Assembly: GCA_964016885.1 (NCBI GenBank)
Contig: OZ024760.1
Coordinates: 17,856,001 to 17,920,000, forward strand
Direction: 5' to 3'
DNA: 64,000 nt
Origin: Eledone cirrhosa
Lineage: Eukaryota
Position numbers and translations under genes: made by a program. Below the pieces are notes generated by a model. The model was not told where the DNA came from and made no database searches. It was given only the letters and a program-made list of their open reading frames with translations. Positions 25,152 to 39,131 of this stretch are shown here, in pieces. The stretch's first letter is position 1; each line of letters starts with the position of its first letter.

Positions 25152-25242
25152 ATATGTATATATATATATATATATGTGTATATGTATATATATATATAAG
25201 TGTATATGTATATATATATATGTGTATATGTATATATATATA

Positions 25243-25273
<31 letters not shown>

Positions 25274-25276
25274 GTG

Positions 25277-25310
<34 letters not shown>

Positions 25311-25485
25311 TATATATATATATATATATATGTGTATATGTATATATATGTGTATATATATGTATATATATGTGTATATATATATATGTCTATATGTATA
25401 TATATATATAAGTATATATAAGTATATATAAGTATATATAAGTGTATATATATATACACACATATATATAAGTGTACATATATAT

Positions 25486-25560
<75 letters not shown>

Positions 25561-25714
25561 TATATATATGTTTGTATGGGTGTGGTGTGTGCGTGTCCAG
25601 ACACACCTGTCACTTGTGACCCACCTGTTCAGGTAAGTGGCTCCCACTAGACTCCAATTAGCAAGGTAACTACACCTTTAACGGGGACCCGAGTGCGGGA
25701 GATGGACCATGGCT

Positions 25715-25773
<59 letters not shown>

Positions 25774-25996
25774 TATAATGACACACATATACACACATAT
25801 ATATATATTCATCATTTTTGTGTGATTGGCAGAATGACACTCCTAAAGTACAATATATATTTACGTGTGTAAGTTTGTATATGTATGTATAATATACTGT
25901 GTATATATATAAATATACTGTATATATATATATATATGGTAGAACATATATATATATATATATATATATACGTATATAAACATATATAAACATATA

Positions 25997-26036
<40 letters not shown>

Positions 26037-26081
26037 GAGAGAGAGAGATATACCTATATATAGACATATATATATACATAT

Positions 26082-26146
<65 letters not shown>

Positions 26147-26182
26147 ACTACTTCTATATATATATATACATATATACACACA

Positions 26183-26220
<38 letters not shown>

Positions 26221-26530
26221 GTCTATCACAGCATGTCAACCCTGCTGTGAAGGTGGGGCAACATGTATTAAAAGTAAACAATCAAGAGAGCTCGCTCTAT
26301 TGTGTAGATCTGTGGAGAGAGAGTGAGAGAGAGAGAGAGAGAGAGAAATTGAGGTAGTGGTAGTAATGCTGGTGGTGGTGGTAGTGGTGGTGGTGAAGTT
26401 GTCAATATGTTATATATACATACATATCTATGTACATATATACGTCTGTGTGTGTGTATATATATATATATATATAGATATATAGATAGATAGATAAATA
26501 TACACGGGTGTGTATGATTGTGTATAGATT

Positions 26531-26820
26531 ATATTAATAAAAGGAATTCCAACTTTGTCTGATTTACTCGTTTTATTTACAATCCTTTAAAATTTATAAT
26601 GGTATTAGAATGAAATAGTATGGTAGAATATTAAATGTTGAGTGTTAATTGACCAAGTACTTTCATGCTTTCGCAATCTTCAGGTTCATATTGTGTGGTG
26701 ACAGTCAAGTTTGCAATTTTCAACACAGTTGAAAATTGCAAACTAATACCATTATAAATTTTAAAGGATTGTAAATAAAACGAGTAAATCAGACAAAGTT
26801 GGAATTCCTTTTATTAATAT
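26531..26820. repeat. Inverted repeat (~78-bp arms) enclosing a hammerhead motif; probable Penelope-like remnant
   Basis: 26531-26608 is the reverse complement of 26743-26820; extra hairpin at 26708-26744. Confidence 0.85.
26650..26688 (-). ncRNA. Minimal hammerhead ribozyme motif (family B)
   Basis: TGAAC-CTGAAGA-tTGC gaaa GCAt-GAAA-GTAC-TT-GGTCA: intact core, GAAA-capped stem II, palindromic AGTACT stem III, stem I 4/5 pairs. Confidence 0.6.
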
Positions 26821-26857
26821 ATATATATATAAACACACACACATACATATCTATATA

Positions 26858-26929
<72 letters not shown>

Positions 26930-26945
26930 ATATATATATATTACT

Positions 26946-27157
26946 TTACCCGTTTCACAAGTTTCGTGATTTTCAAAAGTTAAGAGAAATGGAGACACGG
27001 GTGGCTATGTCGAGTTGCAACTCGCATCTAACTGAAGTTGGGAATTTCTTTCAGTTTTATGCAAACAATGTGGCTCAGATTGCTAGCAAATCAACAGAGC
27101 GACACATCTCTCCATCTCACTTAAATTTTGAAAATCATGAACTTGTGAAACCGGTAA
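26946..27157. mobile_element. MITE with ~50-bp TIRs
   Basis: TTACCCGTTTCACAAGTT..AAATGGAGA versus TCTCCATCTC..AACTTGTGAAACCGGTAA. Confidence 0.75.
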
Positions 27158-27219
27158 CGTTATAAATTATTATAAATAAACCTTCTTAAAGACCTCAATT
27201 GCATTTTCAACTTCTTTTT

Positions 27220-27256
<37 letters not shown>

Positions 27257-27259
<3 letters not shown>

Positions 27260-27580
27260 AAACTCGGATCTAGCTGTCGAAACGGCCGGAGCTTAGCCGT
27301 CGGGTCCTGAATCTTTTCATATTACCCATTCTACTACTCCTAGTATCGGGTACTCTGGTGGGTTATGGTCTAACTGGTTTTAACCACATCCTATCGGATA
27401 TATATATATAGCCGTCGAAACGGCTTGAGCTCTGCCGTCGGGGTCATACTTTCTCCTATTACCCACTCTACTACCCTAAGTATTGAGTACTCTGGTGTGT
27501 TATGATCCATCTGGTTCCTTACCACAACTCCTCCGTTATATATATGGACCATAACACACCAGAGTACTCAATACTAAAGC
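27257..27580 (+). mobile_element. Two tandem and one inverted fragment of a (TA)n-embedded repeat with a half hammerhead; probable PLE terminal repeat
   Basis: Same sequence at 62505-62650 (minus) and 63661-63800. Confidence 0.6.
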
Positions 27581-27595
27581 TTCGTCAATGCTGTA

Positions 27596-27629
<34 letters not shown>

Positions 27630-27694
27630 CATTGGTATTCAAGTATATTTTAAAAATTCCATTTTATTCAATTTTATTTTGTCTCGTTTTTGTA

Positions 27695-28005
27695 AATTTT
27701 ATCGACTCCCCTAAGGATGAAAGACAAAATTAACCTCAGTGGGATTTGAACTCAGAATGGCAAGGGCCGTAACTCTTTGCTGCAAGCATGGCGTCCGACC
27801 CTCTACCGATATTGCCAATAATAATTGTTTCTACTTTAGGCACAAGGCCAGCAATTACCCAGTGCATTACTGGTACTTTATTTTATCGACTCCCGTAAGG
27901 ATGAAAGGCAAAGTTAACCTCGGCGGGATTTGAACTCAGAATGGCAAGGGCCGTAACTCTATGCGTCAAAGCATGGCATCCGACCCTCTACCGATACTGC
28001 CAATA
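27695..28005 (-). mobile_element. Two tandem SINE family 1 copies
   Basis: A/B boxes and core in reverse. Confidence 0.85.
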
Positions 28006-28428
28006 CTAATAAGATGATGTATGGCGAGTTGATACAGGTGTGAGGTAGTGAGGAGGGTGGACGGGGAAAAGGTTAGATATAGACTGAAATGGAAGACAGT
28101 TAAAATGGCTGAGGTGTGGGTGTGGTGGAGGGTAGTGGTGGGTTGGTGAACGCTACCCCTCACTTGCTTTGATCTATCATTTCAAGCTTCATTGCTTCTG
28201 ACATACACACAAACATATATATATATATATATATACATATACGTGTATGTGTATATATATATATATATATATACAGTACATATATATATATATATACAGT
28301 ATATATATATATATATATACAGTATATATATACAGTATATATACATATATATATACAGTATATATACATATATATACACAGTATATATACATATATATAT
28401 ATACTGTATATATACATATACGTGTATG

Positions 28429-28468
<40 letters not shown>

Positions 28469-28568
28469 TTTACATGTATGTATACGTATATATATATATA
28501 TGTTTGCGTATGTCTGTATTTAGGGTAGTTATCGATGGTAAATAGACTAGTTGCAGCAATAACAGTCG

Positions 28569-28644
<76 letters not shown>

Positions 28645-28785
28645 CACATATATATATATATATATATACATACATACATACATACATACGTGATCGCTGA
28701 AATAACATCAGTGACTTTCGTAAACCCTGTACACACACACACACACACACGCACGCACACGCACACACACACACACAGACACACA

Positions 28786-28831
<46 letters not shown>

Positions 28832-29342
28832 TGTGGCTATAAAAGAGTATTTAAATGAATCCAAAGCTCTCTGTGTTGCTTGTAAACAAGAAAATGGCGA
28901 AGGATTAATGACGGTGTTGTGTGGAGGGGCTGTAGGATTGTCAGTTCTTATTTGCTGAGTGATACAAGATTAGCTGTCCATTAGAACATCTACGGTTCTC
29001 GCGAGACTACGGATGGTAGTCACTACGTCCACAATATGCCACAATGACCTGAAATTATTTGTTTGTTTGTTCCGGTTTTGTCCTGTTTTGTCCTGTTTCC
29101 TGTTTGATTCACAACATTATACATTGCTATACAGTTTTCTTCCTGTTCATCTATCTATCTATCTATCTCCCCCTCACTCTCTCATATATATACATGTGGC
29201 TTTGATAAACGCCAAACAGCGAGAAACAGCTGTCAGCCTCTCTCCCAGCCTTTGCCGAAAATAAGTGACAACATAGTCACTCCTTTAAAACTGATAGCGA
29301 ATGGTCTTCTAAATGTTTTTCATTAAACATACGATATATTGC

Positions 29343-29378
<36 letters not shown>

Positions 29379-29554
29379 GGATAAAGAAACAAGGATTCAG
29401 TGTTGCATCATAACATATTTAATAACATATTACATATGTTTCACTATCGATCAGCTAGAGGCAAGACCTAATATGGATAGAACCTGATTCTGTAATCGAG
29501 TGCTCAACTGGCATACCGCGTACGGACGCAATTTTCTTGCAACTATACAAATAT

Positions 29555-29608
<54 letters not shown>

Positions 29609-29776
29609 GGAGGCTTAGTAAAATCGAAGCTTTGGCTGTGGGCAAGCAAAGTCGACCTACAATATGAATGAGTTAGCAAAGCACTCGATAAGGGTAGGTC
29701 CTTAGAGTAACAACATACGTTTAAATAGCTTGACAAATTGAACATTGTGGTAGGCAAAACCTAACACACAATACCA

Positions 29777-29840
<64 letters not shown>

Positions 29841-30310
29841 AGGGAGTGTAACTTGGAGTTACTGTAGGTTCACTCGGGGGAGCACTCGATGTTTAGGTTC
29901 ACTTCAGTGTCGAGGTGTAGAGTTAGACAGAGTGTATTATAGTGAAATAAGATAACAAGGACGGTTGGTTACTCCTTCATTACGTTTATTGATTGGTGAC
30001 GCGCGTTCCGCCACTGATCAGCTCAATGTTCTATTTGTATCGATCTGACCCGACTCTGTAATTCGCGGCTCGTTAGACCCCTTGTAATGTTAATGGAAGA
30101 ATATATATATAAATATATAAATAAATAATTAAGTTAATTTCGTTTCGTTATTTGTTTTTATAAATAAATAGCTTAGAGTTTAGACTCAAAGAGGTCATTT
30201 ACAATCATTTCAGCTCTAGGAATCGCTTCTGAGCAGTATAAATTAATATTTGATGAACATTTACATGTCAATTGCAACTATAACATGTAAATGTTCATCA
30301 AATATTAATT

Positions 30311-30376
<66 letters not shown>

Positions 30377-30896
30377 TAATGACTGAAACTTGATTTTGAG
30401 TAATGCTCATTCAAATATTATGGGATGTGATGGCTCAATTTTAGACTACATCAAGATGTCTCTATTGGCTGTTGAGCGGGGGATTAGGAGCGTGAAAATT
30501 GGTTGCTTTTACCTTCTTAAACTATCTTTAGTCTCAGTAGTTGTATAAGTATTCATCTAGCTACCGACGGAGGTCCAACATGCGATGTTATATGCATATG
30601 TGTGTGTCTTGTACGTAGAAATCTTTCTGTCTGTTCCAACTCCACCCCATCGCTTTCAAGCCCTACACCTCGACACCACCGCTTTGTATATCGCTCTGAT
30701 CTCTGCTCACTTTCGTCTGTTCATGTCGTTTAAACCATGTGGAATATAATTTAGAAGCACATGCCGTGTCAAGTCAGTTGGAGAGCCATCTTGTCTCTAT
30801 CTAGTTACCACCAATGGATGAATGAAATATATATATCTATATCTCTCTATATATGTGTATGTATATATATATATATATATAATGTACATATATATA

Positions 30897-30952
<56 letters not shown>

Positions 30953-31186
30953 CATGTATGTATTTATGCATACACACATACACACACACACACACATATA
31001 TATACACATATATGTACATATATGTATATATATATTTATACATATATGTACATATATATATATATGTAAATATATATATTTACATATTTACATATATATA
31101 TATTTATATTTACATATATACATATATATATTTTTACATATATATATATATATATGTACATATATATATTTACATATATATATATA

Positions 31187-31234
<48 letters not shown>

Positions 31235-31855
31235 TATATTTATGTACATTTATATACATTTAGGTAGGAATATATGTGGGAATTTAAGTGCAACTTTTTA
31301 ACAGGAGGCTTGGTTATACAGTCTCCTGGCCTGGAAGCTTCATTACAGTTGGTTAGAGTTACTCACCTGGAAAACTTTATTTACTGTCCTCTTTTGAAGC
31401 TTTCTGATAATCACTTAATCGGTGAACATTTGTTACAGATATCGAAATAAAATGTACATCAGGGTCAGTCATCCATAACGTCCGTTACAGTCACAGCAAA
31501 GAGATATGTTTGTCACAGTCTCAACCTTAAATAATGTTATATCATCTCTACAGGAGCGTTCTTTAATATGTCTCGTCGTTTTTATTTATTCATGTATTAG
31601 TTTTTTTAAAGGTTTTTTGAAAGAAAAAAATGAGAGGTTGTTTCGTTATTTTCTTATAACTACACTAACAGAATACGAAAATAAAAAAATATATATATTG
31701 TTAGGAGTTAACGTGAGAGTTTTTACGAGACTGCTGTGTCTGTTAGACATAACAGATAAATTGTCCTTCAATCATATCCTACTGTCTTTTTTTTTTAAAA
31801 ATAAAACATGAAAAGACACCAAGGATAATGTATAATGTAATAATTTTTTATACAT

Positions 31856-31892
<37 letters not shown>

Positions 31893-32664
31893 TGAAGACA
31901 GAAGACAGAATAAAAAAGACTGGTTGGTCTGGTTGGAATGAATGTCTTTGATCGTTGTTCTGCTAGATTAAGGCTGGCCTAGGGCTTAAATAACAATAGA
32001 AATACCGACAATGATGAATACAACAGTAACAACAACAACAACAACGGTTAAAAATAGCAATGACGACAACAACGACAACAACAACAACAACAACAATAAC
32101 GACGACAGCAACAACAATAATAAATTACAACGACGACGACGACGACACAACAACCACAACAACGATAACAGTAACAACAACAATAACAAAACAACGACAA
32201 CAATAACGACATCAACAAGTGGTAAGAGGAATTCTCAGGAGATCTGGACAGCAGAAGGTCTTCAGAGAAGAAACACCCTTCCAAATAAAACCAACAATAA
32301 ACAAAACATCTGGCGAATAAGACCTGTAAATGAATTCTTCTGTGTATCGTCTGGCGGAGATACGAAATCGAATCTAAAAATTCTCGCCTCTAAAATCACA
32401 TATTGTTAGAAAAATAAAAACATGTTCTCTTGTGTTCTCGCCATTGTCCTTCGTAAAATTTACATTTGTAAAAGCGACGCCAATCATAAACTAAATGTCT
32501 ATATTAGAACTAAGATACCCCCCCATAATCCTTAACTTAGACATTATCAATATACTCTAGCCCCTAACCAGCTCTAATTATAAGTATTATATATATATAC
32601 GAGAAGATAAATAAAGTTTTGTTTGTGTAGGTCATCTTCCTGCTTAGTTCCTAGTTCTTTCCTT

Positions 32665-32696
<32 letters not shown>

Positions 32697-32736
32697 CGAT
32701 ATTAATAAATGGAAACTATATTTATAAAACCATATT

Positions 32737-32801
32737 TATTTCATTATACATATTTCAAGGATACCATGTTAAATTATGGTATGCCTTCATCAGACAAAAT
32801 A
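32737..32801 (-). ncRNA. Minimal hammerhead ribozyme motif (family A) in PLE terminal-repeat copy 32698-32881
   Basis: TATTTTGT-CTGATGA-aggcataccat aatttaac atggtatcctt-GAAA-tatgta-TA-ATGAAATA. Confidence 0.65.
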
Positions 32802-32881
32802 CAATATATACCAGTTTTATAAATAAACATTGACGTACCCTTTCAAAATGCGACCGTTACTTTTGGAAGACATCAGGATAG

Positions 32882-32912
<31 letters not shown>

Positions 32913-33272
32913 TAGGTAATTCCAAAGGAAAAGCAAAGCAAAAAAGAGTGCTCTATGTATAGAACAGAGCTATTAAATATATATATATACGGTAGATATG
33001 GCGCATGTCTCTCAGACATGAGAACCCTTAATTTTCATTTTGGATATATATACGGCGCCTTGATTATTTAGATAATTCACTTGAATAGGGTCGGCTTATT
33101 CTACGGTGGATATGGCGCATGTCCCTCAGACATGACAACCCTTAATTTTAATTTTGGATATATATATATATATGTATGTATGTATGTAAAAGGTAAACAG
33201 AAATAACAACACAATCGGTACAGTATATGGAAGGGATATATTAGGTTAACGCTTGATATAGCAGGAAGAGGG

Positions 33273-33308
33273 TCTAAACGTTTCGGATGCTAGTCCTTCA
33301 TCAGAAGA
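33273..33308 (-). ncRNA. Minimal hammerhead-like motif (family C)
   Basis: TCTT-CTGATGA-a-GGA ctagca TCC-GAAA-CG-TT-TAGA; palindromic ACGT stem III, weak stem I. Confidence 0.45.
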
Positions 33309-33417
33309 AAGAATGAGAAATAAGATAGATTGAGGAGACGGGCGGGATGAAATTGGAAAAAATGTCTTTAGATAAAAATAACAGGTCCATTCATGTTGAC
33401 ATCTCTTGCAAAATATC

Positions 33418-33495
<78 letters not shown>

Positions 33496-34168
33496 TGCAG
33501 AGTATTATTTCCCAATTTGTTATTCTCCCCTTGACAAACGTTCTACCCCAATTCCTCCCTCTTTTCTTATGCAACTGTTTCACAAACAATCAATAATATA
33601 ATAATGTTACCATTTCAAATAATTTTGAAAGAAAAAAGAAAACAAAAAAAGGTGGGGGTACAAGTATCAGCGTTATATCATGCACGAATTTTAAATTTCA
33701 ACCAGAAAAATCTGCACTAAACTCACCTACTTATCTCTCCTATTACTTCTAGCAGGGCAAGCAAGGTCTTCAGTATACACTAGAATTCCCCTTTCTTCTC
33801 ATATTAATTTATAAATAAATAAATAGAATAAATAAATAAAATAAAATAAAATAAAATAAAATAAATGAAAATAATTATCAATAAGGATATCAGGTGGGTT
33901 TGTTGATCCCAAAAGTGGTTTAAAGATAATTTTGTAATTAGGAATATCAACATGATTAGTCGTATCACGTTGGATTGTGGATATCGTTGTTGTTAGAAAA
34001 CCCGAGAACGGACCGTCTGATAGGTTTCGCACTTTTCCTTTTATCAGTTGATAGGGAGCTTATATCAAAGGGGCTGGATAGGCTGAAAGACCGTGAGATA
34101 GGGAGCTATTTGACGGTCGGTTTGAGGAAGGGTTGAAGAAAATGTCGGTTGAAAAGTCCAATTGCAAA

Positions 34169-34197
<29 letters not shown>

Positions 34198-34201
<4 letters not shown>

Positions 34202-34390
34202 TGTTTCTACTTTTGGCACAAGGACAGCAATTATCCCAGTACATTACTGGTATTTTATTTTATCATCGACCCCGTAAGGATGAAAGGCAAAGTTAACCTC
34301 GGCGGGATTTGAACTCAGACCATAAAGGGCCGTAACTCTATGCGTCAAAGCATGGTGTCCGACCCTCTACCGATACTGCCAATCCACTGC
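34198..34390 (-). mobile_element. SINE family 1, near full length, (TAA)n flanked
   Basis: A-box, B-box and core. Confidence 0.88.
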
Positions 34391-35234
34391 TAATAATAAT
34401 AATAATAATAATAGATACAAAAAATAATAAAAATAAATACAAAAATATAAATAAATTGAATAAATGAGATAAAAATAAAAAGAATATTCTTGGAAATATT
34501 TTTACCCCTGAGGAGGGAGAGTAAAAAAGGGGGTTTGTAAGAAGATTAAGTAAGGGCTGACAGCCCTAGATTCTACCACGTTAGTTAGAAGTGACAGGTT
34601 ATTCTTGTTACCCAGCTGCAGCGAAAAAAGGTACTGATAAAAACAACGTTTATTTATCCGTCATTTTATGGTTGTTGTCGTTGTTTTTGTTGTGTTGTTG
34701 TGTTGTTGTTGTTGTTGTTGTTGTTGTGGCTGTTGTGGTTGTGGTTGTTCTTATCGTTGTTGTTGTTGTTACTGTTGTTGTTGTTGTTGTTGTTATTGTT
34801 GCTGTGTTTGTTGTTGATGTTGTTATGGCTATTGCTGTTGTTATTGTTGCTGTTGTACTTGTTTTTGTACTTGTAGTTGTTAAAGTTGTTGTTGTTATTT
34901 TAAATAAGGAGCCCTATCAAGACTCGTGCTTAGATTGTCCTTGTCGTTGTTGTTGTTGTTGATGTTGCTGTTGTTGTTATCGCTGCTGTCGTTGTTGTTG
35001 TTTTAAATAGGAGCCCTATCAAGACTCGTGCTTAGATTCGACCTACTGTAAACGCCCTTCGTTGTTTCGTACTGTTTTAGCACTGATAAGGGACCAAGAC
35101 TGACTAGTTCCCTCACCCCCTGACGATAGTCTCGTCTGTCGATAGGAGGGAACAAAGATTTATTCCTGTCAGCTAACAAGTTGACATTTTATGTTACTTT
35201 CTTCACGGGACACTTGCTTTAACTTATCATTATT

Positions 35235-35846
35235 AGTGGGTTGGCAGTATCGGTAGAGGGTCGGACGCCATGCTTTGCAGCAAAGAGTTACGGCCCTTTA
35301 TGGTCTGAGTTCAAATCCCGCCGAGGTTAATTTGGCCTTTCATCCTTACGGGGTCGATAAAATAAAGTACCAGTAATACACTGCGATAATTGCTGGCCTT
35401 GTGCCTAAAATAGAAACAATTATTAGTGGGTTGGCAGTTTCGGTAGAGGGCCTGACGCCATGCTTTGCAGCAAAGAGTTACGGCCCTTTATGGTCTGAGT
35501 TCAAATCCCGCCGAGGTTAACTTTGCCTTTCATCCTTACGGAGTCGATAAAATAAAGCACCAGTAATGTACTGGGGTTGATTTAATTGACTTTCCCCTCC
35601 CCTAAATTTGCTGGCCTTGTCTCTAAAGGAGAAACAATTATTACTAGAATTCATTAGAATTGGCAGAGCCGGTAGAGCGCCGGACAAAATGCCATTGGAG
35701 TTTATAGTTACGCCACTTTTCAAATTCAGTCGAGGTTCACGCTACCTTTCATCCTTACGGAGTCAATAAAATAAAGTATCAGTAATGCACTAGGGTCGAT
35801 TTAATTGACTTTATCCTTGCTGGCCTTGTGCCTAAATTAGAGCCCA

Positions 35847-35850
<4 letters not shown>
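35235..35850 (+). mobile_element. Three head-to-tail SINE family 1 copies
   Basis: A-box, B-box and core repeated three times. Confidence 0.88.
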
Positions 35851-35877
<27 letters not shown>

Positions 35878-35882
35878 AACTA

Positions 35883-36050
35883 CCGTATTTCCCGGCGCCG
35901 AAGACGCTTCGTCCTCGAGGACGAACCCTAATTTTGAGAACCACAAATTTGAAAAGAAATAATAAACAACCTTCGGCCTCCAGGACGCATGGTCAATTTT
36001 TGAGACTTATTTTAGGGAAAAAGTAGCGTCTTCGACGCCGGGAAATACGG
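35883..36050. mobile_element. pogo/Tigger-like MITE, TA target duplication
   Basis: TA|CCGTATTTCCCGGCGCCGAAGACGCT ... AGCGTCTTCGACGCCGGGAAATACGG|TA; 26-bp TIR with one mismatch. Confidence 0.88.
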
Positions 36051-36488
36051 TATTATATACAAGTAGCTTTGCTATATTTAGGTAGGGTGGTCACGAATGG
36101 AATGCCTTTAATCATTGTGGTCTGCTTAATCAGGTGGTGGTGTACCTAAACAACCACAACCACAAGGAGAACGTCAACGACAACAACAACACCACTGACC
36201 TATGAGTTCAGCCATTGTGTTTTAATCAGAGGAGAAAATCTCTCCATAGAGGTCAAAGTCACCCTTAGTACAATAAATATATATATATATATATATATAT
36301 TTATAAATATATATATATATATAAATAGATATATATATTTAGAAATATATATAAGTAATATATATATATATATAAATATATATAAGTAATATATATATAT
36401 ATATAAATATATATAAATATATATATATATATAAATATATATATAAATATATATATATATTTATAAATATATATAAGTAATATATATA

Positions 36489-36521
<33 letters not shown>

Positions 36522-36628
36522 AAGAGCCATATTTCGTTTGAGAATCAGTATTTTGTACATATATGTAAAGCACTTAATATTCAGAAAAAAGTATTTACTT
36601 TAAGGTGGAAACATTTATATATTTTATG

Positions 36629-36740
<112 letters not shown>

Positions 36741-37204
36741 TGGACAGAGGGGTGGGGATACACAGAGTCCAGAAGATATTCAGTATTGGAGAGTAGATAT
36801 TTCTGGAATGTTTTGTTTATTAAAACATATTTAAGCCAGACACTAGCAACTCGTTCAAACATTTGCAAGACAGCTTGACAGCAAATTTTGAAATATGTGA
36901 CAAGCAGTCAGTGAACTGAAGAAAGATGCGTTGTCATACCTACCAAGTGCAGCATGATCAAAGCTAAAGAGAAGGAGTGGGTGAGTGAAGTTGGACAGTG
37001 AGGTGAAAGACAGGGGCGAGGAGCTGGAGACTGAAATGAAGGGGAGATGATGTTGGTTTGAGGCTCGGAGGCGCCTGGCTTTCAAACTGATCACTCTCGA
37101 TCGGTGATGCGTACACAGAGCTACATTCTCAACAACAGACAAACCATCTGGATGGAGATTAAGCTGCACGTCGGGCTGAGGAGGCCAAACTTTCCAAATA
37201 CCGG

Positions 37205-37420
37205 TCACTCTCCAACAGTCCGAACGGACAGAATGGAGAAGGTGTTTCCCCTGAGGATGGTAAGGGAGATGCGCTGGAAGAGCCATACCAACTCGCGAGG
37301 CACACACCGCCGGCTGGCCAGCCCAGCGCCTATGGTGGTGAGTAGGGAGGTAGCCCTAGTACCAAGGACACCAGAAGTCTCCACTGCCAAGGACATGGAG
37401 ATATTGGGGAAGATATCTCG
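37205..37420 (-). mobile_element. CRE-like (RLE-type) LINE C-terminal fragment
   Basis: SLAVETSGVLGTRATSLLTTIGAGLA..PRELVWLFQRISLTILRGNTFSIL, matching the (P)LAVETxG..FQRxSxxIxRGN end motif. Confidence 0.75.
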
Positions 37421-37504
37421 AACTTCTATCAACGACCTTTGTTCAATCACTTATCTTAAAGTTACTTTCGGCTCTAGTGAATCGTTAAAACACTTTTGTT
37501 AACA

Positions 37505-37720
37505 TATAATGTAGAACTGGATGGTAAAATATAACGTAGAAAATTGATGGTAACATAAAACGTAGAAACTGGATGGTAGAATATAATGTAGGAAATTGAT
37601 GGTAGAATATAACGTAGAAAATGGATGGTAAAATATAACGTAGAAAATGGGGGGTAAAATATAACGTAGAAACTGGATGGTAAAATATAACGTAGAAATA
37701 TAACGTAGAAAATAGATGGT
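37505..37720. repeat. ~29-bp minisatellite ATATAACGTAGAAAAYTGGATGGTA
   Basis: About 7 units seen directly. Confidence 0.85.
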
Positions 37721-38808
37721 TGTGGTGGGGTGGTGGTGATGATGGTAATGGTAGAGATAGTGGTGATGGTGGTGGTAGTAGTGATGGTGATGGTAGTGAT
37801 GGTGATGGCGGTAGCGGTGATGGTGATGGTAGTGGTAGAAGTGATGGTGGTGATGATGATGGTGGTGGTGGTAGTGATGATGATGGTGGTAGTAGCAGTG
37901 ATAATGGTGGTGGTGGTGGTGATGATGATGCTGGTAATAGCGGGGATGGTGGTCGAGGTAGTAGTTATAATGATGGTAGCAGTGATGGTAGTGATGATGA
38001 TGGTAGCGGTGATAGTGATGGTGATGGTGGTGGTGGTGATGGTGGTGATGGTGGTAGCAGTGATGGTGATGTTGATGTTGGTAGTAGCGGTGATGGTGGT
38101 CGAGGTAGTAGTTATACTACCACAACAGTGATTGTGATGATGATGATGATGATGATGATAGTGATGATGATGGTGGGCTTTGACTGTTGTCTACTTTTAG
38201 TAATGGCCGCTTCACTCTCTTCTCTGCAGAAGTCAGTTACAGAGAAAAAGACAGAAGAAAAAGCAGAAGAAATAGAAGAAGTAGAAGACAACAAAAAAAT
38301 CCTTTTTAGATGTTTGAACAAATAAGCCATAGGCTAAGACACCGATATTTCTCGGAACTTCTAAAACAGAAAATAGCATCTCATCTTTTCCGTTCGCTTT
38401 GAAACCGTCAGCAACGAACGAACGTCTTGTTGCGAATCTTCCCTCTATTTAAACTACCTAAGTCAGTGCTTTAGTTCAATAAATAGCCAAAAGGGCTTAG
38501 AGGAAGGGCGGCCTAGCTTTGCAATCGTCTCAACAAATGTCGCTTTCTCTTCTTAAGATATATATTTTTATTTTTATTTTTGTATTTTTATATTTTTATA
38601 TTTTTTTTATTTTTTTTATTTTTATATTTTTATTATTTTTGTTTATTTTATATATTTTTTTTTAGTGATTTAGTGATGATGCCAGCTCCGGAAGTAAACT
38701 GTGTTGACCGGACACTTTAATCAGAACACACACACACACGCATATATATATGTACACACTCACATGCATATATACTCATAAATAAACATATACACACATG
38801 CATACATC

Positions 38809-38889
<81 letters not shown>

Positions 38890-39089
38890 ACATGCATACA
38901 TACTTATATATATACACATACATCAACTTCTTCCTCCACCTCACATTTCCCAAACACCTCACTCTAGAATGTTTCCTTTTGGCAACGAGAACCAAACAAA
39001 CTTAACTCTCTCTCTCTCTTTATATATATATATATATAAGTATATATATATGTATATGCATGTATATAATACTAACAAAATTATAGAAG

Positions 39090-39131
<42 letters not shown>

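Noticed and set aside
34012-34050. Minus-strand CTGATAA..GAAACCTATC hammerhead-like string
   Set aside because: Core mutated and no stem II pairing.
36855-37307. 150-aa and 132-aa ORFs overlapping here
   Set aside because: Off-frame readings of LINE debris; no recognisable host domain.
38112-38330. Possible RSPO signal-peptide exon (MAYLFKHLKRIFLL..)
   Set aside because: The ATG frame becomes Ser-rich; the Leu-rich frame has no ATG and is bounded by stops; no good phase-1 donor.
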